From an uncultured Planctomycetia bacterium (GTDB lineage Bacteria; Omnitrophota; Gorgyraeia; 2-02-FULL-51-18), in the NCBI GenBank assembly GCA_964642015.1, contig CAZXLF010000001.1, forward strand, positions 116,846-180,845: DNA of 64,000 bases, read 5' to 3'. The notes beneath the pieces were generated by a model. The model was not told the DNA's origin. It ran no database searches and saw only the letters and a list, made by a program, of their open reading frames with translations. The position numbers and the translations under genes are program-made. This document shows, piece by piece, positions 11,028-20,797 of this stretch. Each line of letters begins with the position of its first letter. Position 1 is the first letter of the stretch.

Positions 11028-11093
11028 GGCGCACTCACAAAAAAGCTTGTCAATTCTCGTAGGTTCACATTAAAATAACGGTAGAGGAAACCA

Positions 11094-12485
11094 ATGGCTA
11101 AAAAGTCCGTTATTACCCTTATCTTGATTTTTGCTGTTTTAACAACCGCGAACGATCTTTTTGCGAGTCCATCCGCCAGACAATATGCTATCGGCTACTT
11201 GAACGCCCAAAGAGTGATGTCTCCGGATGAGATGCAGCTTGCCAATTATCTTGTTCAGCGATCAGAAATATTAAAAGGTTTATCGAAAAATAAGACATCT
11301 CATACGCTGAAACATCAGCTTAAGATCATCAATACCAAGATCACGTATCTTGACAATCAGATCAAAAAAAATCGAAAAGGTACGCAAGTGACAACCGTTA
11401 AACATGCAGCAGCTCCTGCGGTCCCAAGCGTTCCAAAAAAACCAAAGAATGTTCAGAAGGCAGCAGTAAAAGCGCCGGCTCACGTTGTTGCCAAACCTAA
11501 AATAACATCGCAGACCGCGCCGGTTTTGAACCCTGTAAAAGCTTCAGAATCCGAGGCGTTGCCTGAGATTATTAAGCCGAAAGCATCTTCAATTCCTCAG
11601 AAGCATGAAGTTTATCGCTTTGAAAATCCTTCAAACGCACCTGTTTTTAAGCAAACAGAGATTGCCGCCCCTAAAGTTCTTGATACGGCGCCATTGACAC
11701 CTGCCGAGCCCAAAACGATTGAGCCCATTACAAGAATTCAAACTTCTTCCTCGAGTTCTGATTTCAAAATCGTTCAACCCTCTGCTGTAAAAACAGAAAT
11801 GAGCGCGCTTTCGGCGACAAACACAACGCCGGTTTCAATGCCTGTTATTCATGAGAATGATTTTAAGACCGCGGTTCTGCCGCAAAATGCAGGCTCTCAA
11901 ATCATCCCTGTTCAAACGCCCGCGGTCCCGGCGTCAGTAGTAACGGTTATGCCGAAGCCGGTAGAATCCCATCTAACTACCGTGAATATTCCTGCTGCTC
12001 CGGAAATTGTTTCAGTTGAAAAAGTTCCTGCAGTTTCTGTGCCGGCCAATGTGACGCAGGACAGTGCGCTACAGCCGCAACAAACTCTATCAGATTCAAT
12101 GTCAACTCAGGTTGTGTCTTTACCCAGAACACCCGCGCCTGCGCATATCGAAGAGCCTTCTAAGGTAGTTCCTGTTGAAGTGAAGATGCCGATGGCGGAA
12201 ACGGTCGCCCCTGCACAATCGCAAGAGTCAGGCGCTTTAAAAGGGATCAACTGGATTGCGATGTCGCGCGAAGAGAAAGAAATGTATGTTTTTTCTGCCA
12301 TGGGCGCTTTGGTCAAACATGATGTTGTGTCAATGAAACCCTCTTATTTTTACATCGATGAGCTTGACAATGCTCTCGCAAAAGATCCTTCCAAAAAAGA
12401 TCAGTACATAGACGATCTTTTCATATCCAGCATTTATCAAAACGAGCCTGATACGCGCTCTTCGATTGATAAGATACGCCGCTGA
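11094..12485 (+). CDS. Secreted hypothetical protein with long P/A/V/S/T-rich linker and C-terminal globular domain
   Basis: Signal peptide, low-complexity middle and a helical C-terminal region (GINWIAMSREEK...). Confidence 0.7.
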   Translation: MAKKSVITLILIFAVLTTANDLFASPSARQYAIGYLNAQRVMSPDEMQLANYLVQRSEILKGLSKNKTSHTLKHQLKIINTKITYLDNQIKKNRKGTQVTTVKHAAAPAVPSVPKKPKNVQKAAVKAPAHVVAKPKITSQTAPVLNPVKASESEALPEIIKPKASSIPQKHEVYRFENPSNAPVFKQTEIAAPKVLDTAPLTPAEPKTIEPITRIQTSSSSSDFKIVQPSAVKTEMSALSATNTTPVSMPVIHENDFKTAVLPQNAGSQIIPVQTPAVPASVVTVMPKPVESHLTTVNIPAAPEIVSVEKVPAVSVPANVTQDSALQPQQTLSDSMSTQVVSLPRTPAPAHIEEPSKVVPVEVKMPMAETVAPAQSQESGALKGINWIAMSREEKEMYVFSAMGALVKHDVVSMKPSYFYIDELDNALAKDPSKKDQYIDDLFISSIYQNEPDTRSSIDKIRR

Positions 12486-12606
12486 AAAATCTGCACGGAA
12501 AAATAAAAAATAGCATATTATTGTTTACGTTTTATACAAAAATGTGTATAATGTCTCCAAAATATATTATTTTGGCCTAATACATAAGCTTAAAAGGGGA
12601 GAACAA

Positions 12607-13224
12607 ATGATGCGGACAGCAGCAATGATCGTGGGGGCGCTTTTAGTTTCCTCGACTTTTGCTTTGGCGATGCCTGATAGAACTGAAAAAACAGACATCG
12701 GTTTTCAGATCGGCGGTTTAATTCCTGACAGCAACCAAATGAATTCAGAAATGTACATCGGTGGCAGTGCATCTTACGGCATTACGGACTGGTTTGCGCT
12801 CGGCATTGAAACCGGTTATGGTGATGCCAGAAATAAATTTGCAGTAGGTCCTACGCAATATAATACTCATTTAAGCCATATCCCGCTGTTTTTCGATATG
12901 ATATTCCGATATACAAAAATGACCGACTATAATGTGGTCCCTTACGGCGTTTTTGGTTTAGGCGGGGTCTTTTTTGATGTCCATGGACAGGGGACATTGA
13001 ATGATGCCAACCTTAAGCTTGATGTCAGCAATTCGTTCGCTATTAAACTTGGCGCCGGCGCGGACTGGTTCTTTAATGAAAATTGGGCGTTGAATTTTGA
13101 AGCCAGCTACGTTTGGGTTGATGATGATGCCAAGATCAGAGATCTGGGTACCGGTAATGCTGTAGATACGGCCGGGCTGGATTATTGGACGGTCGAAGGC
13201 GCGATCAAATACGTGTTTGATTGA
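12607..13224 (+). CDS. OmpW/OmpA-like outer-membrane beta-barrel
   Basis: Signal peptide, PYGVFGLG, GAGADWFFNENWALNFEASY, terminal KYVFD; GGGGAG SD before ATG 12607. Confidence 0.85.
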   Translation: MMRTAAMIVGALLVSSTFALAMPDRTEKTDIGFQIGGLIPDSNQMNSEMYIGGSASYGITDWFALGIETGYGDARNKFAVGPTQYNTHLSHIPLFFDMIFRYTKMTDYNVVPYGVFGLGGVFFDVHGQGTLNDANLKLDVSNSFAIKLGAGADWFFNENWALNFEASYVWVDDDAKIRDLGTGNAVDTAGLDYWTVEGAIKYVFD

Positions 13225-13274
13225 TACTCACGGTTTAAACCACATCATTTATTGGTGATCAGTTTTTCTTATCC

Positions 13275-13478
13275 ATGGCCAAGGGCGGTAAATCCTCGAC
13301 CAATCTTCTAAGAATATCGGGTATTATCTTTGGAATAGCCGGCGCGTTTCATGTCACCCGGTATTTTGGGCGGTGGTTTTTTCGAGTCGGTTCATTCGAG
13401 CTGACTTATTTGGGAAGTCTCATCATCGGAAGTCTTCTGCTTATCTTGTCGATAGCATGCTTCAAAAATTCGAAGTGA
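13275..13478 (+). CDS. Small two-TM membrane protein
   Basis: 67 aa with two hydrophobic helices. Confidence 0.6.
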   Translation: MAKGGKSSTNLLRISGIIFGIAGAFHVTRYFGRWFFRVGSFELTYLGSLIIGSLLLILSIACFKNSK

Positions 13479-13520
13479 TAATAGCTTACTAGATTAGTAA
13501 TATATAGTTATGTTTTTAAA

Positions 13521-13610
13521 GTTTTAATCCTACGGATTCAGTTGACATTAAAACCTGCTTGTTGTATGATCTTATTACCTGATGGATTTTTTAGCTTTAT
13601 CAGGTTATAA
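13521..13610 (+). promoter_or_regulatory. Sigma70 promoter with overlapping Rrf2 (IscR/CymR)-like operator
   Basis: TTGACA (13542)-17-TATGAT (13565). The palindrome GTTTTAATCCTAC-N7-GTTGACATTAAAAC covers the -35. A second inverted repeat ACCTGAT...ATCAGGT lies downstream. Confidence 0.6.
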
Positions 13611-13637
13611 TCCCAGCTTAACAAAAAAGGGTCTTTT

Positions 13638-15446
13638 ATGGCTTTGCAGGAAATTTTAAATCAAACGGCGGTATTCGAAGAAAAGAGCGAACAAAAACTC
13701 TCTCCGGAGGCAGAAGCGGAGATTCGGCGATTTGACGTCGAGATCGCTCGCCTTGAAAAAGGAGAGCTTGATCCGGATGATTTCAAGAAATTCCGCCTCG
13801 AAAATGGTGTTTACGGCATTCGCGGCGCAACGGACCGGCACATGATTCGCATCAAGATCCGTTACGGGTTCATGAATCCGCTTCAGCTTGAGCGCATCGC
13901 GGACATTACGGAAAAATACGCACCGAATAAATTAGCGCACGTCACGACTCGCCAAGCCATTCAGCTTCATGAGATTAAACGCACGGACGTGCCCGCTATC
14001 TTAAGGATGTTGGCTGAAGTAGGGCTGACCAGCCGCGAAGCCTGCGGAAATACGGTCCGGAATGTGACCGCTTCTCATTATGCCGGCATTTCACCCAAGG
14101 AAGTTTTTGATGTGACACCTTATGCGGATCTTTTAAGCCTTTATTTTTTGAGAAATCCTGTTTGCCAAAATCTGCCTCGTAAATTCAAGATCGCCTTCGA
14201 AGGAAGCGCCGAAGAAGATTATGCTAAGGTAGGGATCCATGATCTCGGGTTTGTAGCGCAGAAAAAGATCGTGAACGGAAAAGAAGTGAGAGGGTTTGCT
14301 GTGTATGTCGGCGGAGGGCTTGGCAGCACGCCTTATCCGGCCCAGCTTCTCGATGAATTTTGTCCGATAGAGCTTTATTTGCCGACCGCTGAAGCGGTGA
14401 TCCGTCTTTTTGACAGGAACGGCGAGCGCAAGGACAAGAACCGTGCGCGTATTAAATATCTCGTCGCTAAATGGGGGATCGAAGTATTCCGTAAAGAATT
14501 TTTTGATGAGCGCCGTCAAGTTGTTGCGACCGGCTCAGGCAAAGAAGCATTTTGGAAACTGCGTTTTGACGAAGAGAAAGCGCCTGTTCTTAAGGAATCC
14601 GCGCCGACACAGGCGCCGGCAGTTCCTGTAGGTTTTGAAGAGTGGCTCAAATCCAATACATTTGAACAAAAGCAAAAAGGCTATTTCGCGGCGCATGTGC
14701 GCTGCCCGCTCGGTGATATCAATCCGGAACAGATGAGAAAACTTGCCAAGATCTCGCGCTTGTTCTGCGGCGGACGCATGAGAACGACGATCGCGCAAAA
14801 TATCCTGCTCCATTGGGTGCCCAAAGATTCTTTAAAGGCGCTTTATTCCCATCTTTCACAGGCAGGACTTTCGCATAGAGGTGCCAATGAGATCACGGAC
14901 ATTACGCGCTGTCCCGGTGCCGATACCTGCCAGATAGCGATCACGCATTCCAAAGGACTCGCATTTGAGATGAGCAAGCTTTTCGAAAATGGCTCCGGTC
15001 TCGGCAACGACCCGGAGTTCAAAAATATCACGATCAAGATCTCAGGCTGCACAAACTCCTGTGGTCAGCATCACATCGCGAACATCGGTTTTCATGGTGC
15101 TTCCAAGAACGTTGATTCCAAAGCCGTACCTCATTATCAATTGATGATCGGAGGCTATACGGATGTGAATGGTGTGGCGGTATTCGGCAAGCGCATCGCG
15201 CAAATTCCCGCCAAACGCACACCCGAGGCCACTCGCGCGATCCTCGAGGCTTTCAAAAAAGATAAAGGCACTCAGGAAAGCTTTGTGGAATGGTCCGGCC
15301 GTGTCGGGACCGTGAAACTCAAAGAGATCGTTGAGCCCTTTACTTCGATCCCATCGTTCGACAAAGATCCAAAGATGTACGAGGATCTTGGCGATCCCGG
15401 AAAGCTCTTCAAAGTTGAGATGGGCAAGGGCGAGTGCGCCGCTTAA
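13638..15446 (+). CDS. Ferredoxin-type nitrite/sulfite reductase (siroheme, 4Fe-4S)
   Basis: HVTTRQAIQLH, REACGNTVRNV, LPRKFKIAF, CPGADTC and ISGCTNSCGQH. Confidence 0.92.
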   Translation: MALQEILNQTAVFEEKSEQKLSPEAEAEIRRFDVEIARLEKGELDPDDFKKFRLENGVYGIRGATDRHMIRIKIRYGFMNPLQLERIADITEKYAPNKLAHVTTRQAIQLHEIKRTDVPAILRMLAEVGLTSREACGNTVRNVTASHYAGISPKEVFDVTPYADLLSLYFLRNPVCQNLPRKFKIAFEGSAEEDYAKVGIHDLGFVAQKKIVNGKEVRGFAVYVGGGLGSTPYPAQLLDEFCPIELYLPTAEAVIRLFDRNGERKDKNRARIKYLVAKWGIEVFRKEFFDERRQVVATGSGKEAFWKLRFDEEKAPVLKESAPTQAPAVPVGFEEWLKSNTFEQKQKGYFAAHVRCPLGDINPEQMRKLAKISRLFCGGRMRTTIAQNILLHWVPKDSLKALYSHLSQAGLSHRGANEITDITRCPGADTCQIAITHSKGLAFEMSKLFENGSGLGNDPEFKNITIKISGCTNSCGQHHIANIGFHGASKNVDSKAVPHYQLMIGGYTDVNGVAVFGKRIAQIPAKRTPEATRAILEAFKKDKGTQESFVEWSGRVGTVKLKEIVEPFTSIPSFDKDPKMYEDLGDPGKLFKVEMGKGECAA

Positions 15447-15469
15447 AAGATTCCAAGAGGAAAGCTTAA

Positions 15470-15751
15470 TTGAGACTATACCAATCTGATGCGACAGGAA
15501 ACATTAAACCAATTGAAATAGACATTCCTGAGAACGTTGTTCCCATGGCCTCGGGAAGTTATGTGACCTCACAATTACAAAATTTAAATCCTCAGGCAAT
15601 CCTTCCAATAACTACAGCAAATACAATTCAATTTGCGGCACAAGAAGCTGAGAAAGAAGGATGGAGACTTAAGAGAGTAAAACTTGGCTTAAGTTTAAAT
15701 CCCTTGAACTTTTTTAGCTTGAATCTTGAGTGGGAAAAGGATAGCTATTAG
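15470..15751 (+). CDS. AT-rich hypothetical protein (weak Trypco/Pepco-like appearance)
   Basis: 93 aa with TTG start after GAGG; C-terminal WRLKRVKLGLSL...FSLNLEW. Confidence 0.5.
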   Translation: MRLYQSDATGNIKPIEIDIPENVVPMASGSYVTSQLQNLNPQAILPITTANTIQFAAQEAEKEGWRLKRVKLGLSLNPLNFFSLNLEWEKDSY

Positions 15752-15875
15752 GTCTAACTACGTCTCTCCTAGTTAATCAAAAAGAGATACATTAGTTTCT
15801 TGTGATGAAATTCTTCACTGTATTTGCTGATGAGTTTAAATTCACTAAGGATAATTTTCAATAGTTAGGCTTACT

Positions 15876-16370
15876 ATGAATGAAGAAATTGTTTTTAAAA
15901 AAGGTTTTATCTCCGGACACGCCACTCGTAAAGGCGAGTTTAGATTCGCTAAGCTTATTAATTTTTCCGGGTATACTTTAAGGTATCCACTGCACTACAG
16001 AGGTTCCTTAACTCTTAGATTGACCGATAAATCAATTTATCTAACGTGCATGTCTTTTCCTGTATGGCAATCAACCTTATTGGAGATCACTTCGGTTAAA
16101 ATTAAACCATTATTTGCGTACGGGGCAGCTCATATAGAATCTCAGAACAATGACACAGGTTTTTTCTTTGTTACGGGTAAATTAGATCAGCTATTAGATG
16201 CTTTCAAAAAATTAAATATAAAAGTAGAATATGATCAGAAATCTTTAGAAGATTATCGAAACAGAGCCAAAATACTTTCTAATCCAATAGTCGTAGTGGT
16301 TGGTATTATTCTAGGGGCAGCTTTCATTTTATTTCTTTTTTATTTTTCTTGGCATAATACAAAGGTGTAA
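15876..16370 (+). CDS. AT-rich hypothetical protein, beta-rich (PH-like) domain plus C-terminal TM
   Basis: 164 aa; GSLTLRLTDKSIYL strand pattern and a hydrophobic tail. Confidence 0.6.
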   Translation: MNEEIVFKKGFISGHATRKGEFRFAKLINFSGYTLRYPLHYRGSLTLRLTDKSIYLTCMSFPVWQSTLLEITSVKIKPLFAYGAAHIESQNNDTGFFFVTGKLDQLLDAFKKLNIKVEYDQKSLEDYRNRAKILSNPIVVVVGIILGAAFILFLFYFSWHNTKV

Positions 16371-16487
16371 ATCATAAACCGACCCTTATCCCTATTGACC
16401 AAAAGGGGACACCTTAGTTTTTCGTGATGAGATTCTTCGATATGCTCAGAATGACGTTCAGGATATTTCCGCTAAAGAAAGGCGAGA

Positions 16488-17093
16488 CTAGCTCACATTT
16501 TGTACAACGTGGGAAATTTGCCTGTAGCAGTACCGGATCTCTCCGCTGAAGGAATAAAACGGCACATAGAAACTTTCAGGTAAATCACCGGCTTTCCACG
16601 GCTGTATCTGCATGGCTGAATCCAGGAGCCATGTTTGTTCCGACTTATCCACGTAGACGACCCACGCATGGAATATGCTGTCAAAAGAATGATATTTGCC
16701 GATCATGAGACTGACATTGTTATAGCCGTTCTTTTTTAGCTCCGTATAAAGCCATACTGCTTTGTCTGCGCAATTTCCGCTGCCTTTCAGACTCGTTTCT
16801 TCAGCGCTTTGCCACCGGATATTCTCAGGATTTGACACATAACGGTAGGATCGAGCGATCATAAAGAGTTCATTGGCCGATCTGGGTTTGGATTTATGGG
16901 GTTTATCGAGATTGATCTTAGACTCATTGAAAAATCCCGCGTTATCAAGCCGCTGATCGAACGGAGTTTCTGACACTAGATGGGGGGAGTATGCTAATCC
17001 ATTGGCCCACAAATTGATGCCCGGATCGAAGACAGCGCATAGGATGAAAATCACAAGGGCAAAGTATTGCGACCGCGGGAACGGATTTTTCAT
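16488..17093 (-). CDS. Periplasmic transglutaminase-like cysteine protease (BTLCP/LapG-like)
   Basis: Signal/TM N-terminus; WQSAEET..GSGNCADKA, HAWVVY and LLDS give a Cys-His-Asp triad; GGAGG SD. Confidence 0.75.
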   Translation of the reverse strand: MKNPFPRSQYFALVIFILCAVFDPGINLWANGLAYSPHLVSETPFDQRLDNAGFFNESKINLDKPHKSKPRSANELFMIARSYRYVSNPENIRWQSAEETSLKGSGNCADKAVWLYTELKKNGYNNVSLMIGKYHSFDSIFHAWVVYVDKSEQTWLLDSAMQIQPWKAGDLPESFYVPFYSFSGEIRYCYRQISHVVQNVS

Positions 17094-17411
17094 TCAAGCC
17101 TCCGAAGTTTGCGCATCATTTTAGAGTGGGCCTACATGTCACAGATCACTACGCAACATAGTATAACAGTGATAGTAAAAAGCGCATTAAATTAGGATTA
17201 ATGTTTTGTCATGTTCGCCGTAGAAAAAGTTGAACGTTGACAACTTTTGCTGATTAGTTTAGATTCCTGTTAGGAACCGTCACAAATTTTCTTTTCATTA
17301 CTTTGTTAGTCTTTGTTAAAATAGCTTCATGCGAAGCTTAGTTTTTTCTTTAGAATTTGTTAGGATCTCCAAGAATGGCTGATGATCTTTCGTTTGTTAT
17401 AAAATAATCCC

Positions 17412-18206
17412 ATGAAACCTTACCTGGATCTGGTTCAACATATTTTGGACCACGGCACGGAAAAATCCGATCGAACAGGCACCGGCACGAAAAGCGTTTT
17501 CGGTTATCAGATGCGTTTTGACCTGTCCAAGGGGTTTCCGCTTGTCACGACAAAAAAAGTTCATCTGCGGTCTATCATCCATGAATTGCTTTGGTTTTTA
17601 AAAGGGGAGACCAATATCCAGTATCTTAAGGATAATCAGGTTTCGATATGGGACGAATGGTCTGACGCGAACGGTGATCTGGGACCTGTGTATGGCAAGC
17701 AATGGCGGCGTTGGGAAACCAAGGATGGCCGTGTGATAGATCAAGTTTCGCAAGTGGTTGAGCTGATCAAGAAGAATCCCGACAGCCGGCGCATGATCGT
17801 CAGCGCTTGGAACGTAGGCGAGCTTGACAAAATGGCGCTGATGCCTTGCCATGCACTTTTTCAATTCTATGTCGCCGGCGGAAAACTTTCCTGTCAGTTG
17901 TATCAACGAAGCGCCGATGTTTTTCTCGGTGTGCCGTTCAATATTGCGAGCTATGCGCTTCTTACTCTGATGATCGCGCAAGCGACCGGACTCGAACCCG
18001 GAGACTTCGTACACACTTTCGGGGATGCTCATATTTACGCCAATCATTTTGAACAGGCGAAACTGCAGCTTTCCCGTCTCCCAAGACCGATGCCCCAAAT
18101 GAGACTGAATCCGAATATTAAAAATATCTTTGATTTCAGATTTGAAGATTTTGAACTTTTGAATTATGATCCGTATCCGGCTATCAAGGCCCCGATCGCC
18201 GTTTAA
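17412..18206 (+). CDS. thyA: Thymidylate synthase
   Basis: [19 protein letters not shown] and [19 protein letters not shown]. Confidence 0.98.
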   Translation: MKPYLDLVQHILDHGTEKSDRTGTGTKSVFGYQMRFDLSKGFPLVTTKKVHLRSIIHELLWFLKGETNIQYLKDNQVSIWDEWSDANGDLGPVYGKQWRRWETKDGRVIDQVSQVVELIKKNPDSRRMIVSAWNVGELDKMALMPCHALFQFYVAGGKLSCQLYQRSADVFLGVPFNIASYALLTLMIAQATGLEPGDFVHTFGDAHIYANHFEQAKLQLSRLPRPMPQMRLNPNIKNIFDFRFEDFELLNYDPYPAIKAPIAV

Positions 18207-18680
18207 ATGATCTATCACGTCGTGGCGGTCTCCAAGAATGGCGTGATCGGAAAAGGCGGTAAATTGCCTTGGCATTTTGCGGCGGATCTGAAATTTTTTA
18301 AAAATCTCACGACCGGCCATACAGTCGTCATGGGCCGCAAAACTTTTGACAGCATTGGCAAACCCCTGCCAGATCGTGAAAATATCGTGATCAGCCACCA
18401 CGTGGATCACAAGGCGGCGGGTATAAAATTTGCAAAGAGCATTGACGAGGCGCTCGAGCGCGCTGGAAAAGGAAAAATCTTTATCATCGGCGGCGCCTCT
18501 ATTTATCGCGAAACCGCTCATTTGATCGATGGTATTTACTTGACGCGGATCGATCAAGACTATGAAGGCGACACGTTTTATTCGGGAATTCCGGATGGAT
18601 TCAGGGAAGTTTCGCGAGAAAAACTTCAGGAAAACCCGTTGATCGAGGCGTCCCTATATATCCGAGGCGTGACAATATGA
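18207..18680 (+). CDS. folA: Dihydrofolate reductase
   Basis: GVIGKGGKLPW, VMGRKTFDSIGKPLPDRENIV and FIIGGASIY; abuts thyA. Confidence 0.95.
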   Translation: MIYHVVAVSKNGVIGKGGKLPWHFAADLKFFKNLTTGHTVVMGRKTFDSIGKPLPDRENIVISHHVDHKAAGIKFAKSIDEALERAGKGKIFIIGGASIYRETAHLIDGIYLTRIDQDYEGDTFYSGIPDGFREVSREKLQENPLIEASLYIRGVTI

Positions 18681-18752
18681 ATGGACCATATAGCAAATAT
18701 TTACTGCCCTTTTTCCCGATAAAATTATGGATCACATCTGTTATAACAACTT

Positions 18753-20705
18753 ATGAGACCGGAAGATAAAAAATATATCTCAGAGAATTTCGGAAAGAAA
18801 TCCATCAAACAGATGGCTCAAGACATTCATGTCAAAGAAAGGAAAATAAGGCTGTTCCTCGAAAAAGAGGGACAAGGCCGGCCTCAGATCAAAAAAGAAA
18901 CGGTGTCAGCTCAAAGCGAAAAACAATTTCAGCAACTTCTTGTTGCGGCGGCTTTGGTGATAGCAGGCTTCATGATCTACTCTAACACGCTGCGTTCAAG
19001 TTTTCATTGGGATGATATTTCCGTCATCATCAGAAATACTTCGATCAGAAATCCGTCGAATTTCAGCGCTATCGTGAACGCGTTCAATACACGATTCATG
19101 GTTGGCCTAAGCTTGGCTTTTAATTACGCGATAGGCAAGGTGAACGTGCTTGGATATCACATATTCAATATTGCCGTTCACGTCGCTTCTGCTGTGATGA
19201 TCTACTTGCTGGTGAATATCACATTCAAAACGCCTAGGATGCGCGGAAGCGCTTTGGTGAACCACAGGAAGATTATCGCTCTGTTTTCTGCGCTTCTTTT
19301 TTTGGTTCACCCGATCCAAAGCCAGGCAGTGGATTATATTTGGCAAAGGGCGGCTTCGATGGCCGCGTTTTTTTATTTAGCTTCCATATTTTTTTATGCA
19401 AAAGCAAGGTCGGGGTCATCGTACCTTTATTATGCCGCTTCCTTAATTGCCACAGTGCTTGGAATGTTTTCGAAAGAGACGACCGTTACGATCCCTTTCG
19501 CGATCGTGGCCTATGAATTTATATTCTTTGATAGGGCAAATGGAGAAATCAAGAAAGTATTCATTACGCTTCTCGTTTTTTGCCTGACCTTGCCGATCAT
19601 CCCTCTTATGTTCACGCGTGCGAACAAGATCACTCTGGATGTGATGCGCCCTCCTACGATACAAGCGCTTCATTCCAATACGCCTGGGGCCAGGGAATCG
19701 GCAAATATCACGAGCTGGGTGACGGAAGACGTGATGAGCCGGCAAACCTACATCTTGACGCAATTCAACGTTATCCGGACCTATTTGCGTCTGATCTTTT
19801 TGCCAATTCACCAGAACCTTGATTATGATTACCCGTTGACCCATACCATAGATGTAGGCGTTCTTTTTTCGCTACTGCTTATAGCCTTGATCATTTTTCT
19901 CGCGATCAAGATTTTTTCTGTAAATCGGCTTGTCTCTTATGGCATCTTCTGGTTTTTTCTGACCTTGAGCGTTGAGTCGTTGGTCGTTCAAAATGACGTC
20001 ATCTTTGAACACAGAATGTATCTGCCTATGGTCGGCTTAGCTTTGGTTATTTCCAACGTCATGTTTCTTATTCTAAAAGATCTTAAAAAATTTATAACCG
20101 TCATGTGCGTGATCACCTTGATCTTATCTTTGGTGACGTATCGCCGGAATAATGTTTGGAAAGACGAGATATCTCTCTGGAAAGATGTGGTGGCCAAATC
20201 CCCGAATAAACCGCGCGGCTGGTACAATCTCACGCGTTTTATGGGTGAAAGCGACCCTGCACATGCGAACGAGTATTATGAAAAAGCCATCCGTTTCAAG
20301 CCGCATTCTGTCGAAGAATATAATGATCTCGCAACTATTTATTGGCATATGGGCAAGACCGAAGAGGCGATGGAGTTATATGGAAAAGTTCTGCAAAGAA
20401 GACCTGACGACGCCAAGGCGCTTTCAAATCTTGCGAACATTTATTTGGATAAAGGGGTCTATGAGAAGGCGATAGAGATGTACAAGAAGTCCATTGACAT
20501 CAATCCGACGTTGCCGGAAGTTTATAATAATCTAGGCAAGGCTTATCATTTGATCGGCAATGATCCGGAAGCGATCAGGCTGATCGAGAAAGCTATTGAA
20601 TTAAATCCAAATGATGCGGACGCCAGATATAACTTGGATCAGCTTCAAGGCCGACAAGGGGTGCCGGTTAAGGTCAAAGGAAATCCTTCTGCAGAGTCCG
20701 AATAA
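18753..20705 (+). CDS. TMTC-like GT-C membrane protein with C-terminal TPRs
   Basis: FHWDD, YHIFNIAVH, LFLVHPIQSQAV, SKET, FEHRMYLP, RNNVWKDEISLW, then TPR repeats. Confidence 0.85.
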   Translation: MRPEDKKYISENFGKKSIKQMAQDIHVKERKIRLFLEKEGQGRPQIKKETVSAQSEKQFQQLLVAAALVIAGFMIYSNTLRSSFHWDDISVIIRNTSIRNPSNFSAIVNAFNTRFMVGLSLAFNYAIGKVNVLGYHIFNIAVHVASAVMIYLLVNITFKTPRMRGSALVNHRKIIALFSALLFLVHPIQSQAVDYIWQRAASMAAFFYLASIFFYAKARSGSSYLYYAASLIATVLGMFSKETTVTIPFAIVAYEFIFFDRANGEIKKVFITLLVFCLTLPIIPLMFTRANKITLDVMRPPTIQALHSNTPGARESANITSWVTEDVMSRQTYILTQFNVIRTYLRLIFLPIHQNLDYDYPLTHTIDVGVLFSLLLIALIIFLAIKIFSVNRLVSYGIFWFFLTLSVESLVVQNDVIFEHRMYLPMVGLALVISNVMFLILKDLKKFITVMCVITLILSLVTYRRNNVWKDEISLWKDVVAKSPNKPRGWYNLTRFMGESDPAHANEYYEKAIRFKPHSVEEYNDLATIYWHMGKTEEAMELYGKVLQRRPDDAKALSNLANIYLDKGVYEKAIEMYKKSIDINPTLPEVYNNLGKAYHLIGNDPEAIRLIEKAIELNPNDADARYNLDQLQGRQGVPVKVKGNPSAESE

Positions 20706-20797
20706 CTTCGAGGTCATTTGACAGATTTTCTATGCTTTATGCTATAATAAATGAACAATTTTCAGGGGTTTTTATCATTTAAAATTCAGGAGACAAA

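Noticed and set aside
17355-17392. GCTGATGA segment resembling the 3' part of a fluoride riboswitch upstream of thyA
   Set aside because: The 5' GGnGATGG...CC element is missing, and thyA appears to have its -10 box downstream of this segment.
17598-18557. 319-aa antisense ORF over thyA-folA (also 48939-49832, 41369-42004 and 62658-63164)
   Set aside because: These are shadow ORFs opposite well-conserved genes, with no recognisable motifs.
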